Positions 33,003-46,932 of a stretch of DNA of 58,057 bases are shown piece by piece. Source of the stretch: Opitutales bacterium (GTDB lineage: Bacteria > Verrucomicrobiota > Verrucomicrobiia > Opitutales > Coraliomargaritaceae). The stretch covers positions 1-58,057 of the forward strand of contig JBMYNR010000006.1 in assembly GCA_049598495.1 (NCBI GenBank). The letters are read 5' to 3'. Position 1 is the first letter of the stretch. Every line of letters begins with the position of its first letter. Position numbers and translations under genes: made by a program. A model generated the notes under the pieces. It had not been told where the DNA came from, made no database searches, and saw nothing but the letters and a program-made list of their open reading frames with translations.

Positions 33003-34247
33003 GTGAAGACGAAAAAACAGAAAAAAGCGGCGAGGGAACTCCTGCATGCTGCTCACAAGGTGTATCATTACCGCCGTGATGTGACCGCGAAGGACAGGCT
33101 CATCGAATTGGACCAGCGTATCGCTGAGCTCGAAAAACATTACCGTGATCCATCCGTCTTGCCTGCCACATTAAGCGCCTCAATGGATCGCGTCGATGCG
33201 CTTCTTCGAAAGATCGGCGGCAAGATGTATCCGAAGACCTTCTGGAATGATAACATCGAGGTGGCGCTCGTCGCGGCTATTGTCGTGATTGGAATCCGAA
33301 CCTTCTTTTTTCAACCCTTCATCATCCCCACGAATTCGATGTATCCGACTTACAGCGGCATGAATTCGGTCATCTACGAGAACGGCAAAAGTCCTAGCGC
33401 AGTGCATCGGGCCTTTCGTTTTCTTACACTTGGAGCTCGACACAAATCTCTCGAGGCGAGGACTAGCGGTCGTGTGCAAGTCCCCATGATCTTGACGGCA
33501 AATGGACCGAGCATGCAGGTGCGGAAGGTAAAGGGGAAAAAGTTCTTCATCATTCCAACCGTTCTGGCAGAATACACATTACTTGTCGGCGGTGTGCCTC
33601 ATACTATCAAGGTACCGGCGGATTTTGACATGCAGTCTACCATCCTGGAGACTTACCCGAATACAAAGCCTGTTCCAATCAATGGAGGCACCGCTTATGT
33701 GCTCGATTTAGACACGCAGCTAAAAAAGGGTGAATCTATCTTAAGTTTTGATATTACTCTAGGTGACGCACTTTTTGTCGATCGGTTCAGTTATCACTTT
33801 AAGCGCCCTAAGGCAGGCGACCCATTCGTCTTTCGAACGCGCAACATCCCGGGGATCGAAGGCCATCCAGGTGATACCGTTGATAAATACTATATCAAGC
33901 GCATCGCAGGCGTAGGCGGTGAATCATTGGAAATTACTGAAGACGGGAGGCTACTTGCTAATGACGAGCAACGCAGCGAAGTGTCGGCCTTTACACGTAA
34001 TGCAGCCAAGGAGGGCGAATATGGCGGCTACGAATACCCGAAATCAGACCCTCTTAAACCGCCACAGCTTTTGACCGGTGTCGGCGTGAAAAACGATATC
34101 CCAACGGGTAACTATGTTGCACTGGGCGACAACTCAGCCAATAGCCTAGACAGTCGTTATTGGGGCTTCGTTCCCGAAAAGTCAGTGATCGGAAAGGCGA
34201 TATTTATCTACTATCCGTTCACTAAACGCTGGGGATTTGCGGAATAG
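33003..34247 (+). CDS. lepB: signal peptidase I
   Basis: QPFIIPTNSMYPT (catalytic Ser), YIKR (catalytic Lys), GDNSANSLDSRYWGFVP. Confidence 0.93.
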   Translation: MKTKKQKKAARELLHAAHKVYHYRRDVTAKDRLIELDQRIAELEKHYRDPSVLPATLSASMDRVDALLRKIGGKMYPKTFWNDNIEVALVAAIVVIGIRTFFFQPFIIPTNSMYPTYSGMNSVIYENGKSPSAVHRAFRFLTLGARHKSLEARTSGRVQVPMILTANGPSMQVRKVKGKKFFIIPTVLAEYTLLVGGVPHTIKVPADFDMQSTILETYPNTKPVPINGGTAYVLDLDTQLKKGESILSFDITLGDALFVDRFSYHFKRPKAGDPFVFRTRNIPGIEGHPGDTVDKYYIKRIAGVGGESLEITEDGRLLANDEQRSEVSAFTRNAAKEGEYGGYEYPKSDPLKPPQLLTGVGVKNDIPTGNYVALGDNSANSLDSRYWGFVPEKSVIGKAIFIYYPFTKRWGFAE

Positions 34248-34315
34248 GCTATTAATTTGCTTACCTGTGATATCGGCGAGATCCTTTACGGACACCCATC
34301 GTCTTCTTTACATGT

Positions 34316-34343
34316 AATACGCACAATATATATTATGTCTAAT
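34316..34343. other. dif-like XerCD recombination site
   Basis: AATACGCACAA-TATATA-TTATGTCTAAT compared with E. coli dif GGTGCGCATAA-TGTATA-TTATGTTAAAT; intergenic; KOPS-like octamers converge on it. Confidence 0.75.
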
Positions 34344-34425
34344 TTATAACTCGGCTCCTGAAGGGCTCTCCCTACCGCCACGTTCACGGATTCATCGACC
34401 TAACTTCTATTCGAGCATATCATCC

Positions 34426-35958
34426 ATGACCCATGCATCGACACCACTTTACAACTGGCTGAACGAACGCGCCGCGGGCGTCTTGCTTCATCTGAGTTCC
34501 CTGCCGTCCGATACCGGGATCGGTAATCTGGGGCCCGGCGCCTATCACCACATTGACTTCCTCTACCGCTCAGGCATGTCCGTCTGGCAGATGTGTCCCC
34601 TCGGCCCGACGGGTTATGGCGATTCCCCTTATCAGTGTTTTTCCGCTTTTGCGGGAAATCCCTATTTTATTGATTTTCAGCCATTACTACATGAAGGCCT
34701 GATAAGAACCGAGGAATTTACCTGTCTCCAAAATCTCCCACGCGATCATGTTGATTATGGAGCGCTTTACCAATCGATATGGCCTCTGCTTCGCGTGGCC
34801 TTTGATCGTTTTAAAAAATCCAGGAAGCGACAGTTTCAGGATTATGGAAGCTTTAGTCAGTTCAGGAAGTCACATGAATTTTGGCTAAACGATTACACCC
34901 GCTTCATCGCACTAAAAGAGCATTTTGGGGGCACGTGCTGGCTGAACTGGCCTGCTGAATTTCGAAGTGCAGCAAGCGCGAAAAAACAGGATCTGCCGGT
35001 CGCAGTCGAAAAATCAGCTGAGGCGCACGCGTTCTTTCAATATCTCTTCTATTCTCAACTTGCTCAGTTACGCGCCTATGCCGGCAGCAAGGGTGTCGAG
35101 ATTATGGGCGACGCCCCTATTTTCGTGGCCCTCGACAGTGCCGATGTGTGGGCTAATCCGGAACTTTTTCAGCTTAAAGACAGCGGGCGACCGGAGGCAG
35201 TCGCCGGTGTACCGCCCGACTACTTCTCGGCGAATGGACAGCTCTGGGGCAACCCGCTCTATGACTGGTCGGCTCATGAAGCGTCCGGCTTCGCGTGGTG
35301 GATTCAGCGCATTCAATCCAACCTGGAGTTCTATGACATTGTGCGCCTCGACCACTTTCGCGGCTTCGAATCTTACTGGTCAGTCCCGGCGGATGAAACA
35401 ACGGCCGTGAATGGTAAATGGATCCCCTGCCCGGGACTGAAGCTCTTCAAAGAAATACACAAGGCCTGCCCCGACGCGAAATTGGTGGCGGAAGACCTCG
35501 GCGTTATTACTGAAGAGGTCAATGCGCTTCGCGAAGCAACAGGTCTTCCTGGGATGGCGGTGCTCCAGTTCGCATTTGGCGGCGAGCCGGGCAACGCTTA
35601 CCTACCTCACAACTATATGCGCAACTGCGTAGCCTATTCAGGAACGCACGACAATGACACCACACTCGGTTGGTATCGAACGGTCGACGACGCGACGAAG
35701 GACCATGTGCGGCGCTACCTCAACGTTACGGGCGATGAAGTTGCATGGGATCTGATCCGCGCCGCAATCAGGTCGAGCGCACATTTAGCGGTCTTCCCCC
35801 TACAGGATCTGATGAGTCTCGGCAGTGAGACCCGCTTGAACACCCCGGGTGCCCCTGTCGGCAACTGGCAGTGGCGTTATCAGCCGGATCAACTGGAAGC
35901 ACTTCAACGCGAAAGCGCGCCCTACCTAAAGGCCCAGCTTGAGCTATACGGTCGCTAA
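34426..35958 (+). CDS. malQ: 4-alpha-glucanotransferase (GH77)
   Basis: GVLLHLSSLP, DSPY, AGVPPDYFS..GQLWGNP, RLDHFRGF, AEDLG, GTHDNDT. Confidence 0.97.
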   Translation: MTHASTPLYNWLNERAAGVLLHLSSLPSDTGIGNLGPGAYHHIDFLYRSGMSVWQMCPLGPTGYGDSPYQCFSAFAGNPYFIDFQPLLHEGLIRTEEFTCLQNLPRDHVDYGALYQSIWPLLRVAFDRFKKSRKRQFQDYGSFSQFRKSHEFWLNDYTRFIALKEHFGGTCWLNWPAEFRSAASAKKQDLPVAVEKSAEAHAFFQYLFYSQLAQLRAYAGSKGVEIMGDAPIFVALDSADVWANPELFQLKDSGRPEAVAGVPPDYFSANGQLWGNPLYDWSAHEASGFAWWIQRIQSNLEFYDIVRLDHFRGFESYWSVPADETTAVNGKWIPCPGLKLFKEIHKACPDAKLVAEDLGVITEEVNALREATGLPGMAVLQFAFGGEPGNAYLPHNYMRNCVAYSGTHDNDTTLGWYRTVDDATKDHVRRYLNVTGDEVAWDLIRAAIRSSAHLAVFPLQDLMSLGSETRLNTPGAPVGNWQWRYQPDQLEALQRESAPYLKAQLELYGR

Positions 35959-36010
35959 GCACCCTTCCCTGACTCCACGCTGGAGTATTCTGTATTCAAG
36001 CTGACTCAAA

Positions 36011-36757
36011 TTAGAGCACGTTACAGATGTAGCGTGCCTCGACGCCTCGACATCGAGGGTGCGACTTCATGATTTGTTCAAGGTTTTCTTTAAGTCTTCG
36101 ATCATCAAACACTTGATCACAAAAAGCCAGAACCCTATTCTCGTATCCGTCTATTTGATACATAATACGTTCCGGAAACCGCTTAGCAAGCAGTACATCC
36201 CTTAAAATCGGAAAATGGGGCACCTTGTCAGGTTCTATCATATTGAAAATTAACATGCCTCCTGGTTTTAGTCGCCGACTGATAGCCTCACACCAATCAG
36301 GATCCATCGGGACACAGCGAACTGGAACACCATCGTTTTCGCCGTAAAGATCTTCAATAATGACATCATAAAGGTCATTCGTATCCCCTTCATGTATCCA
36401 CTCGACCGCATCAGCTGAGACGAGTTCGCAATGCTCTGAGCATTCGAAGAAACCGTCTGCGATTGAAAGATGAATCGGGTCCAGTTCGACGCCCACTATG
36501 CGCTGCGGCTGAACAAGTTCGGCAATCTGCCGCCCGACAGCACCCGCCCCGAACCCAAGAATAAGAACATCGTCTATCGTCCTTGCCGGACGATGGAGCG
36601 TTGGCAGTGTGATCAGATCCCAGATCGACCCTGCGAGCGGACGGTTCGGGTTCCACTGTGAGTGGTTCACCCCGTTACGATACAATCGAACGGAGGCGCC
36701 GGCAGTGCGCACTTCGTAAAGCTTACCTTCGATGTTCTGTTCCCAAATCGTCGCCAT
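36011..36757 (-). CDS. spermidine synthase-like SAM-dependent methyltransferase
   Basis: VLILGFGAGA, VELDP, DA, DVIIEDLY, LKPGG. Confidence 0.8.
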   Translation of the reverse strand: MATIWEQNIEGKLYEVRTAGASVRLYRNGVNHSQWNPNRPLAGSIWDLITLPTLHRPARTIDDVLILGFGAGAVGRQIAELVQPQRIVGVELDPIHLSIADGFFECSEHCELVSADAVEWIHEGDTNDLYDVIIEDLYGENDGVPVRCVPMDPDWCEAISRRLKPGGMLIFNMIEPDKVPHFPILRDVLLAKRFPERIMYQIDGYENRVLAFCDQVFDDRRLKENLEQIMKSHPRCRGVEARYICNVL

Positions 36758-36763
36758 GCAGAT

Positions 36764-38158
36764 TCATCGTTTCAATTTTCGATCGACCATGGCGTGTGCC
36801 TCTTCAGGCACCCAATCATGCCAGCTATCGTTATTGGTTTGAATCATCTTCACTATCTGACGCCCGGTATTGGCAAGAAGTGCCGGGTCGCCTACCCCAA
36901 CGGCACGGATACGATTATTCTGAACGAGATGGCGATAGAAATACTGCCAGTTTTCTGGTGCCTTGAAATTATCAGCGGTTACTAGCTCCATACTTCTTGT
37001 GTTGTGCCAAGGATAAACGAAGAGCTGAACGCGGTTCTTAAAAAGCCTGCCGAAGGACTCAAGCACACCGCCAGCCAGATTCTGAGACCATTTTGCTTTG
37101 AACAATTCATTGAGCAGGCCGATACTAAGAATCATGCCTATTGGCTCGGCGGTGTAGCGACTCAGGTAGGATGCAATCCGGTGAAACTCCGCACTCCGAC
37201 TGATAAGAACCGTCTTGCCGAGTGCCTGCAATGCGTCCGCACGGTCGATAAAATCCTCATGATCGACCGCCCCATCTCTTAGGAGATTATTCATACTAAT
37301 CTCGCAAATCTCCAACGAGCGTTCCCTCTCAGAATCGCTCATTACTTCAGAGAATAGTGCCCTCGACTGACGTATCATGTCCAGATGAAGCTTGAGTACG
37401 GGGTCGAAGCTGCCCCGAAGCAGCAAAATTGGACGCTTGTAGAGCGCATCGGCTGCCTGCACGATCTCACCGTCCTGGTTAAACATGGCCGCATCGGTGA
37501 GTCCACTTTGCACGAGCTGCAGCGCACAAAGGCGATTATCCACATAGCGAAAACCCTCGCCCGAAAAGCGAAGCATATCCACCTCGACGCTTCCCTTGTG
37601 CACGCCGTCGTCCAGAGATTCGACAAACTCATGGAGACTTTCTCGATGATAGAAGGCTGCATGAATCAGATTCACCCCGACCTTGCCAAGTGCCTCCATC
37701 TGGTCGGCATTCGTCTCGTCGAGAAGTCGCACGTGGACCACAATATCACAAGGCTTGCTTTCCGGCTTCAGCTGCAGGCGGATCCCCAACCAACCGTGGC
37801 ATTCGCCTGAATCCTTGTAGCCGCGCGCCCGCACCGTATTACAAAAGGAGAAAAAGGTAGTATCCTTGCCTCGACTTGGACCGAGTCGCTCTTCGAGCAG
37901 GTTGTATTCGTATTCGAGCATGGACTGCAAGCGATCTTCCGAAACGTATCGAGACGCCTTTCCGTAAAGAACATCACTCATGGTCATATCATATGCAGAA
38001 ATCGTTTTTGCGACGGTCCCAGCACTGCCCGATGCTCGAAAAAACCAGTTGGCCGTCTCCTGCCCTGCACCAATTTCAGCAAAAACACCGTAGCGCCCGC
38101 GATCCAAGTTGATCGCTAATGCTTTTTCATAGGTATCCACGTGCACTTCTTCAGCCAT
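36764..38158 (-). CDS. uncharacterised protein with a C-terminal nucleotidyltransferase-like fold
   Basis: AEIGAGQE, AGTVAKTISAYDM, RGSFDPV..H resembling NadD-type motifs. Confidence 0.7.
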   Translation of the reverse strand: MAEEVHVDTYEKALAINLDRGRYGVFAEIGAGQETANWFFRASGSAGTVAKTISAYDMTMSDVLYGKASRYVSEDRLQSMLEYEYNLLEERLGPSRGKDTTFFSFCNTVRARGYKDSGECHGWLGIRLQLKPESKPCDIVVHVRLLDETNADQMEALGKVGVNLIHAAFYHRESLHEFVESLDDGVHKGSVEVDMLRFSGEGFRYVDNRLCALQLVQSGLTDAAMFNQDGEIVQAADALYKRPILLLRGSFDPVLKLHLDMIRQSRALFSEVMSDSERERSLEICEISMNNLLRDGAVDHEDFIDRADALQALGKTVLISRSAEFHRIASYLSRYTAEPIGMILSIGLLNELFKAKWSQNLAGGVLESFGRLFKNRVQLFVYPWHNTRSMELVTADNFKAPENWQYFYRHLVQNNRIRAVGVGDPALLANTGRQIVKMIQTNNDSWHDWVPEEAHAMVDRKLKR

Positions 38159-38324
38159 ATAGAACTTGCTATGCGAGGAGGCTCGTATGGCAAACTGTAA
38201 GTGACATCATTCGAGATAAGAATTGAATAGATTTCTCAGAAAACACTTTACACAAACGAATCCTCTACATTTATTCCCGCCTTTCTTGAGCGAGTCTTTC
38301 CTCAAGAAACCTCAGATTATTTAT

Positions 38325-38401
<77 letters not shown>

Positions 38402-38404
38402 TTT

Positions 38405-38434
38405 AAAAGCCATCTCGAAAGAGGTGGCTTTTTT
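38405..38434 (+). terminator. intrinsic terminator after the tRNA
   Basis: AAAAGCCATCTC-GAAA-GAGGTGGCTTTTTT. Confidence 0.9.
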
Positions 38435-38564
38435 ATACAGGTGCAAATCGGAGTTGGAGCACTGGTTCTAATGGGCCATCAGCGATCGACCGAACCATCT
38501 TTAATTAGTGGTCGCGCTATTAGCGACTAGCAGATTCTGAACCATGCGTATTTTGGCGCTATAT

Positions 38565-39413
38565 TTAGGCGCTCGAGCAAAGATAGACATCGAATCGGTT
38601 GCGCTTCCCAACGAGTTGATAGCTCGGTTTTCTCCCACCCAAAGGATCCGACAAGCGCGGGCGCTTAACCACAACTCGACGGATACACGCAGCCAAGGAT
38701 GCCTCCAAAAGTTCGGCCGCGTCTCCATCATCGCCGACCAGATCGTGGAAGATGCGCATTTCCTTTTTAACCAAGGCAGACTTAGTCCGCGTGGGGAACA
38801 TGGGATCCAGATAGATTACATCCGGTATCGAGTTGGCATTGATCGGCGACAGGCTCTCCCGGGCATCGCCCTCAATTAGATGCATCCGATTAAGCGTCGC
38901 GAAAAAGCCCTCGTCGGCGCATTCCGCTACGCGCGCATAAGTCAGTGCGTGTCGCAACAAGGCGCGAACTTCAGGAACGCGCTCGAACATCGTCACAGGG
39001 CAACCGAGACTTGCGAGCATGAAGGCATCTCGCCCTAGGCCGGCAGTGGCATCCCAGACATGCGGAGCTAGGCCCGAACCAAGCCCAACCGCTTTCGCGA
39101 TCATCTGGCGCTTGCCCCCACCCTTCGTCCGGCGGTAATTTAGAGTCGGATCCAAGAAATCGGCAGAAATAGTGACCATGCCGTCGTTCGTCAGTTGAGC
39201 CAGTAAAAGTCGATCGCCGTAGAAAAGAAAAAGATACCCTATCCTCTCTCCTGCATCAATAAATCTTTCACGAAGGTCTGACTCGAGAGCTTTGGACCTC
39301 AAGGAAAGAAGCAAGGAGTCATCGACAAGCTGGCAACCGAGAAATCGCGCCAAAGCTTGAGCCTCGCGGTTGCTACCCGAATGCATACAAATGACTGCCT
39401 TAGTGCGGCTCAT
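38565..39413 (-). CDS. rsmJ: 16S rRNA m2G1516 methyltransferase-like
   Basis: DATAGLGRDAF, DVIYLDPMFP, KSALVKKEM, RVVVKRP. Confidence 0.9.
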   Translation of the reverse strand: MSRTKAVICMHSGSNREAQALARFLGCQLVDDSLLLSLRSKALESDLRERFIDAGERIGYLFLFYGDRLLLAQLTNDGMVTISADFLDPTLNYRRTKGGGKRQMIAKAVGLGSGLAPHVWDATAGLGRDAFMLASLGCPVTMFERVPEVRALLRHALTYARVAECADEGFFATLNRMHLIEGDARESLSPINANSIPDVIYLDPMFPTRTKSALVKKEMRIFHDLVGDDGDAAELLEASLAACIRRVVVKRPRLSDPLGGRKPSYQLVGKRNRFDVYLCSSA

Positions 39414-39531
39414 TCTGGGCGAAGATGGCGACGAATGGTGAGCTGATGTAGCATCTTAAGAGCTAGAGTTGTTTTTATGCATTTTGCAAAAAGATTGCGA
39501 ACAGGCTTGTTGACGTATTCATACTCTCAGA

Positions 39532-40821
39532 ATGATAGTGTTCGAGTTATGGGGAGAATGGCTACTTCCCTCTAAAGCCTTTCTGGTGTCTGATGCCTGG
39601 CAACTCGCCATACTGGCTGGGCTTTTACTTTTAGGAGCCTTCGCGGCTAAACGTCTACATGTGGATGATGTCGCCGAAAAAACGACACCCTCACTTTGGC
39701 TCAAGCGGAACTCCGGCTTCCTTGCGACTTGGATGATCACGACAGGTCTCACTCTGCTGTTTTCGAAGATTGGCTGGAGCGATTCCTTTTTTCGTTTCTT
39801 TTCTTTTCTTGGCGGCCTCTGGATTGCGATAGGCTTAATTTGCAGTCTCTTAAAGGACCGCTTTTGGGCGCGCTCGGTAGCTTTTGTGCTCTATGTTGTG
39901 TCGACGATCCAGGCGATCTCCTACTCCGAAGGCAGTCTCGAGGCGATGAAGTCTGTGGAGTTTAATCTCGGCTCCATAAAGGTATCAGCTTGGGGCGCCA
40001 CCGCTGGCATACTTGCTTTTGCTTTAACACTCTGGATTAGTCTCGGTCTCGCGCGGATTATTGAGAATCAGATTCAAGGACAACGTCGACTGAGCCCTTC
40101 TCTACGAGTTCTCATTGTGAAGATAATTCGCATCGTTTTCATTATCGTTGCGAGCATGGTGGCCTTGAGTTCGATGGGAATTAATCTTTCGAGTCTCACG
40201 GTGCTTGGAGGTGCGATCGGATTAGGCCTCGGCTTCGGGCTTCAAAAGGTAGTTTCGAATTTTGTTAGTGGCGTGATTCTTCTGTTGGACAACTCCATCA
40301 AGCCCGGCGATGTGATTGAAATCGACAAGACATACGGATGGGTGAACAACCTCCGCGCACGTTACGCTTCTGTTATCACTCGCGACGGTACAGAGCATTT
40401 GATTCCAAACGAGGACCTGATCACCAGGCGGGTGATCAACTGGTCCTTCACCGATGAGCTAGTCCGGCTAAAGGTTCCAATCGGTGTTTCCTATAAAGAA
40501 GACCCGCATGAATGCATTCGCTTGATTCTCATAGCGGCCAAGAGTCATGAGCGGGTCCTCGCGGAACCAGCTCCAGTATGCCTACTCAAAGGCTTTGGCG
40601 ACAGCTCCGTGAATCTTGAACTGCGCTTCTGGATTGCAGATCCCGCAAACGGTGTCTCCAACGTGAAGAGTAAGGTGCTGCTAGGGGTATGGGATATCTT
40701 GAAGGAGAATCATATTGAGATCCCCTATCCACAACGTGACCTGCACATTCGCTCCAGTGAAGTCGAGTTGGTTACCCGCAGAGAACCAGACCCTGATCTG
40801 AAGCATGAAAAAGGCGAGTAA
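39532..40821 (+). CDS. MscS family mechanosensitive channel
   Basis: [42 protein letters not shown]. Confidence 0.93.
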   Translation: MIVFELWGEWLLPSKAFLVSDAWQLAILAGLLLLGAFAAKRLHVDDVAEKTTPSLWLKRNSGFLATWMITTGLTLLFSKIGWSDSFFRFFSFLGGLWIAIGLICSLLKDRFWARSVAFVLYVVSTIQAISYSEGSLEAMKSVEFNLGSIKVSAWGATAGILAFALTLWISLGLARIIENQIQGQRRLSPSLRVLIVKIIRIVFIIVASMVALSSMGINLSSLTVLGGAIGLGLGFGLQKVVSNFVSGVILLLDNSIKPGDVIEIDKTYGWVNNLRARYASVITRDGTEHLIPNEDLITRRVINWSFTDELVRLKVPIGVSYKEDPHECIRLILIAAKSHERVLAEPAPVCLLKGFGDSSVNLELRFWIADPANGVSNVKSKVLLGVWDILKENHIEIPYPQRDLHIRSSEVELVTRREPDPDLKHEKGE

Positions 40822-41566
40822 GCGACGACTGGATGAACTCTTGGTTGCGCAGGGACTGGCCGAATCCCGTTCGCAGGCGAAGGCGTTGATTTTGGCGGGT
40901 AAGGTAAAATTAGGGACCGAACGGCTCGACAAACCCGGACGCAGTTTGCCGGAGGACTCAGTTTTGACCGTTGAAAGGCCACCCCGTTTCGTCAGTCGCG
41001 GCGGCGAAAAACTAGAAGGCTTCCTTGAGCACTTCGAACTCTCGATGGAAGGTATGCATATTTTGGATGTGGGTGCGTCTACCGGCGGCTTTACTGATTG
41101 TTGCTTACAAAGGGGGGCAATCAGTGCCACCTGTGTGGATGTCGGGCGGGCGCAGATGCACAACCGCTTACTTCGTGACGAACGCGTCACAAATCTTGAA
41201 AAGACCAACGCTCGCCACCTCCAAGCAGGGGATCTACCGAGGGAAGAATATCCTCGGATCGTGATGGACCTCTCTTTCATCTCCTTGACCAAGATACTTC
41301 CGGTCGTCTGGCCCTTTTTGGAGAGGGATGGCGCCCTCGTTGCCCTGGTCAAACCCCAGTTTGAGGCCGAAAAGCACGAGGTCGATGCGGGGCGCGGCGT
41401 TATTCGAGATGCCTCTGTTCAAGAGCGAGTCCTGGAACAGATCACGAATTTTGCATTAGCTCAATTATCCGGCGCGGAGCTAATCGGAAAAATGGATTCT
41501 CCGATCACAGGCACTGACGGGAACCGTGAATTCCTGCTGGGGCTACGCCGTGTGGTCGATGCGTGA
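40805..41566 (+). CDS. tlyA: TlyA family RNA methyltransferase
   Basis: S4-like [43 protein letters not shown]. Confidence 0.95.
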   Translation: MKKASKRRLDELLVAQGLAESRSQAKALILAGKVKLGTERLDKPGRSLPEDSVLTVERPPRFVSRGGEKLEGFLEHFELSMEGMHILDVGASTGGFTDCCLQRGAISATCVDVGRAQMHNRLLRDERVTNLEKTNARHLQAGDLPREEYPRIVMDLSFISLTKILPVVWPFLERDGALVALVKPQFEAEKHEVDAGRGVIRDASVQERVLEQITNFALAQLSGAELIGKMDSPITGTDGNREFLLGLRRVVDA

Positions 41567-41625
41567 GGTAATTTCGGAAAATTTCGCTTTGACAGTCGGA
41601 GTGCGCTGAATTCTTAGTATCCAAC

Positions 41626-41874
41626 ATGGAAAATGCACCTTACCAAAAACTATTAACTAAAAAGCACCTTGCGCTGGGTGTCGTGTTGACGGTTGGTGTC
41701 TACGTTTTGATGTCTTGGTTGTTGATCCCCTTCACTTTTTCACCCGATCCGCTTGTCGCGCTGCTACAGGCCTGCTTCACAGCCATTCCCATCACAGCCG
41801 TCTTCTGGTTCGCGTATCATATGTTCATGGTCGTCCTCATCGACCAGAAGAAACAAAAGGAGCAATCCAAGTAA
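41626..41874 (+). CDS. small two-helix membrane protein
   Basis: 82 aa with two hydrophobic segments; TTGACA upstream; terminator downstream. Confidence 0.75.
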   Translation: MENAPYQKLLTKKHLALGVVLTVGVYVLMSWLLIPFTFSPDPLVALLQACFTAIPITAVFWFAYHMFMVVLIDQKKQKEQSK

Positions 41875-41898
41875 TATTGTCTGATATAAGACAGTTTG

Positions 41899-41926
41899 AA
41901 AACCACCCTGCTCGGGTGGTTTTTTT
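41899..41926. terminator. probably bidirectional terminator
   Basis: AAAACCACCC-TGCTC-GGGTGGTTTTTTT between convergent genes. Confidence 0.85.
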
Positions 41927-42767
41927 ATAGATCGTCCCATTCATCGAAGTCCGCCTGGCGACGCTTCTTCTCCACGCGAGCACCTACCCAGATGGCCAGT
42001 TCGTAGAGAGCATACATAAACCCGGTTGTCATCGGCAGAGAAATGAAATCCCCCCCGGGGGTAAGAAAGGCGGCGAAGATCATCAGTCCGACAAAGACTG
42101 CTCGCCGGACCGCTCTAAGCTTCTCTACCGGAAGCACACCGAGGTAGACCAATATCACAATGATAAGCGGAAACTGAAAAAAAGCGCCCGTCGCCAATGA
42201 AAACCAAACCACCATGCTGTAGTAGTCGGAGGCCGCCCAGAACAGATCGAAGCCAAAGAACATATTAAGTCGAACCGAGAAGGACAATGTGAGCGGTAGA
42301 ATAACAAAGAATGCAAATGCGACGCCTGAAAGAAAAAGGAGAAAAGCCGCAAAACAGGCCGGGCGAACGACCTGTCGCTCCGAGTTCGTAAGACCAGGGG
42401 CGACAAAGCCTGCGAGGAAATAAAGGACAAAGGGCATTGAGAGTGTAAGACCCGATAGAAAAGCAATTTGGATGAAGACCGAAATCACCCCCATTGGGCG
42501 GTATGTGATCAGATTCTCATCGGCCAATTCGACCGAACCGTAAGCCGTGGCAATAGGAAGCTTCAAGAAAGCGGCAATATCGCCGATGAAAACGGTGGCC
42601 ATAATGATGCCAACTAGAAATGCGAGCAAACTACGACCAACGGTCCAGCGAAATTCCTCGAGATGCTCAAGAAAGCTCATGCCATCCACCACCTCCTCCT
42701 CATAGTCGTCGAATGTTTCGCCATCGTCCGAATAAGGCGCCTCTTCCTTGTCGCTAAAATCTGCCAT
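41925..42767 (-). CDS. tatC: twin-arginine translocase subunit TatC
   Basis: [29 protein letters not shown]. Confidence 0.93.
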   Translation of the reverse strand: MADFSDKEEAPYSDDGETFDDYEEEVVDGMSFLEHLEEFRWTVGRSLLAFLVGIIMATVFIGDIAAFLKLPIATAYGSVELADENLITYRPMGVISVFIQIAFLSGLTLSMPFVLYFLAGFVAPGLTNSERQVVRPACFAAFLLFLSGVAFAFFVILPLTLSFSVRLNMFFGFDLFWAASDYYSMVVWFSLATGAFFQFPLIIVILVYLGVLPVEKLRAVRRAVFVGLMIFAAFLTPGGDFISLPMTTGFMYALYELAIWVGARVEKKRRQADFDEWDDL

Positions 42768-43001
42768 TGGGTATTATTCCTTGTCGGGTATTCGTCACCC
42801 GGGCAACTCCAATGCTCCCAAAATCAGGAAAAATCAGCTGGATTCCATCTAGGCGACAGCCAGCCAGGATCTTTCACAAGTGGAAATGCTAATCCATTGA
42901 CAGGCAGCGTTAAATGCCTTTGCTACCACCTTTTCTCAAACTGCCCTACTCTACGAGTGAAGCAACAACCCAATTCGATCCAACAAATCAGGTCGTAAGT
43001 T

Positions 43002-45740
<2,739 letters not shown>

Positions 45741-45762
45741 TCGAGCGATTCAACCTAATTTC

Positions 45763-45790
45763 AAAGCCCCTCCATTCGGAGGGGCTTTTT
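45763..45790 (+). terminator. intrinsic terminator of ppdK
   Basis: AAAGCCCCTCC-ATTC-GGAGGGGCTTTTT. Confidence 0.9.
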
Positions 45791-46034
45791 CTTGCGCTCT
45801 GCCTCAATCGGTGTCGCCCATGTGTAATTATCTTTTTCCTACGGATCGACCGCTTGACACGGCGTGGCTCAACGAGTGAAGACGGCTGGTCGATACCGAG
45901 TCGACCACCACCCAGCCAACAGAATAAAGACAACGCAGCCGGAGTGAATTCCTGCCAAAATATCGGCAATGCAATCATACGGCGGATCTCTGGCAAATGC
46001 TTGCGTTCGGCAAAAGCTGCTCTAACTCAAAGAG

Positions 46035-46925
46035 GTGCTCAGCTGTTATTACCACTCCGACTACTTCCTGCCTCTTCCGGAAGGGCACCCCTTCCCTATG
46101 GAAAAATTTCCGGACGCCTATCAGCTGGTTAAAGAGTATGTCGAAGTCTTCGAGCCTATGGTGTTGGCCCGTGAGGATCTTCACCGTGTGCACCTCCCTG
46201 TATACCTCAATTCGGTGAATACTGAATTGAGTAGTTATGACCGCAATCGACTGGGCCTACCATCGGACACACGCCTTCTCGAGCGCTCTATACTCGAAAC
46301 CGCAGGAACTGTCTCAGCCACCCTTACAGCGTTGCACGAGGGTGCAGCAGCCAACCTTGCAGGCGGCACGCATCACGCGTTTCCCGACCGAGGATTAGGA
46401 TTCTGCGTATTGAACGATGTCGCGGTGGCTATCGAATACCTCAGAGCACACGACCGTAAGCCGGATCAGATCCTAATCGTTGATACGGATGCCCACCAAG
46501 GGAACGCCAACCACGCTTTTTACAGGGCTGAGCCCAGCGTATTTACCTACTCGATCCACGTCGGAAAAAACTACCCAGCGAAGAAAGAGCCGGGTGACAT
46601 GGATGTACCACTGGATCGCTTCGTTTCCGGGGATGGCTACCTGCAGAAACTCACCGATACGCTACCGAATGCGTTCAAGCAAACAGAGCCTGACCTCGTC
46701 TTTTGGATCAGTGGGGCGGACACGCACGTGGACGATCGATTCGGTCAAATGAGTATGACTGACGCTCAGATGGAGAAACGCGATAAGTTTGTGATCGAGT
46801 TGTGTCGGAAGTTCCACACACCAACAGTCATTCTCTATGGAGGCGGCTACAATAAGATACCCGGAAAAACGGGCTGGCTGCATGCCCAGTCCATCCTGCG
46901 GGCCGCGGAGGAATTTTCAATCTAG
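46035..46925 (+). CDS. histone deacetylase family protein
   Basis: [31 protein letters not shown]. Confidence 0.92.
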   Translation: MLSCYYHSDYFLPLPEGHPFPMEKFPDAYQLVKEYVEVFEPMVLAREDLHRVHLPVYLNSVNTELSSYDRNRLGLPSDTRLLERSILETAGTVSATLTALHEGAAANLAGGTHHAFPDRGLGFCVLNDVAVAIEYLRAHDRKPDQILIVDTDAHQGNANHAFYRAEPSVFTYSIHVGKNYPAKKEPGDMDVPLDRFVSGDGYLQKLTDTLPNAFKQTEPDLVFWISGADTHVDDRFGQMSMTDAQMEKRDKFVIELCRKFHTPTVILYGGGYNKIPGKTGWLHAQSILRAAEEFSI

Positions 46926-46932
46926 GCCTGAT

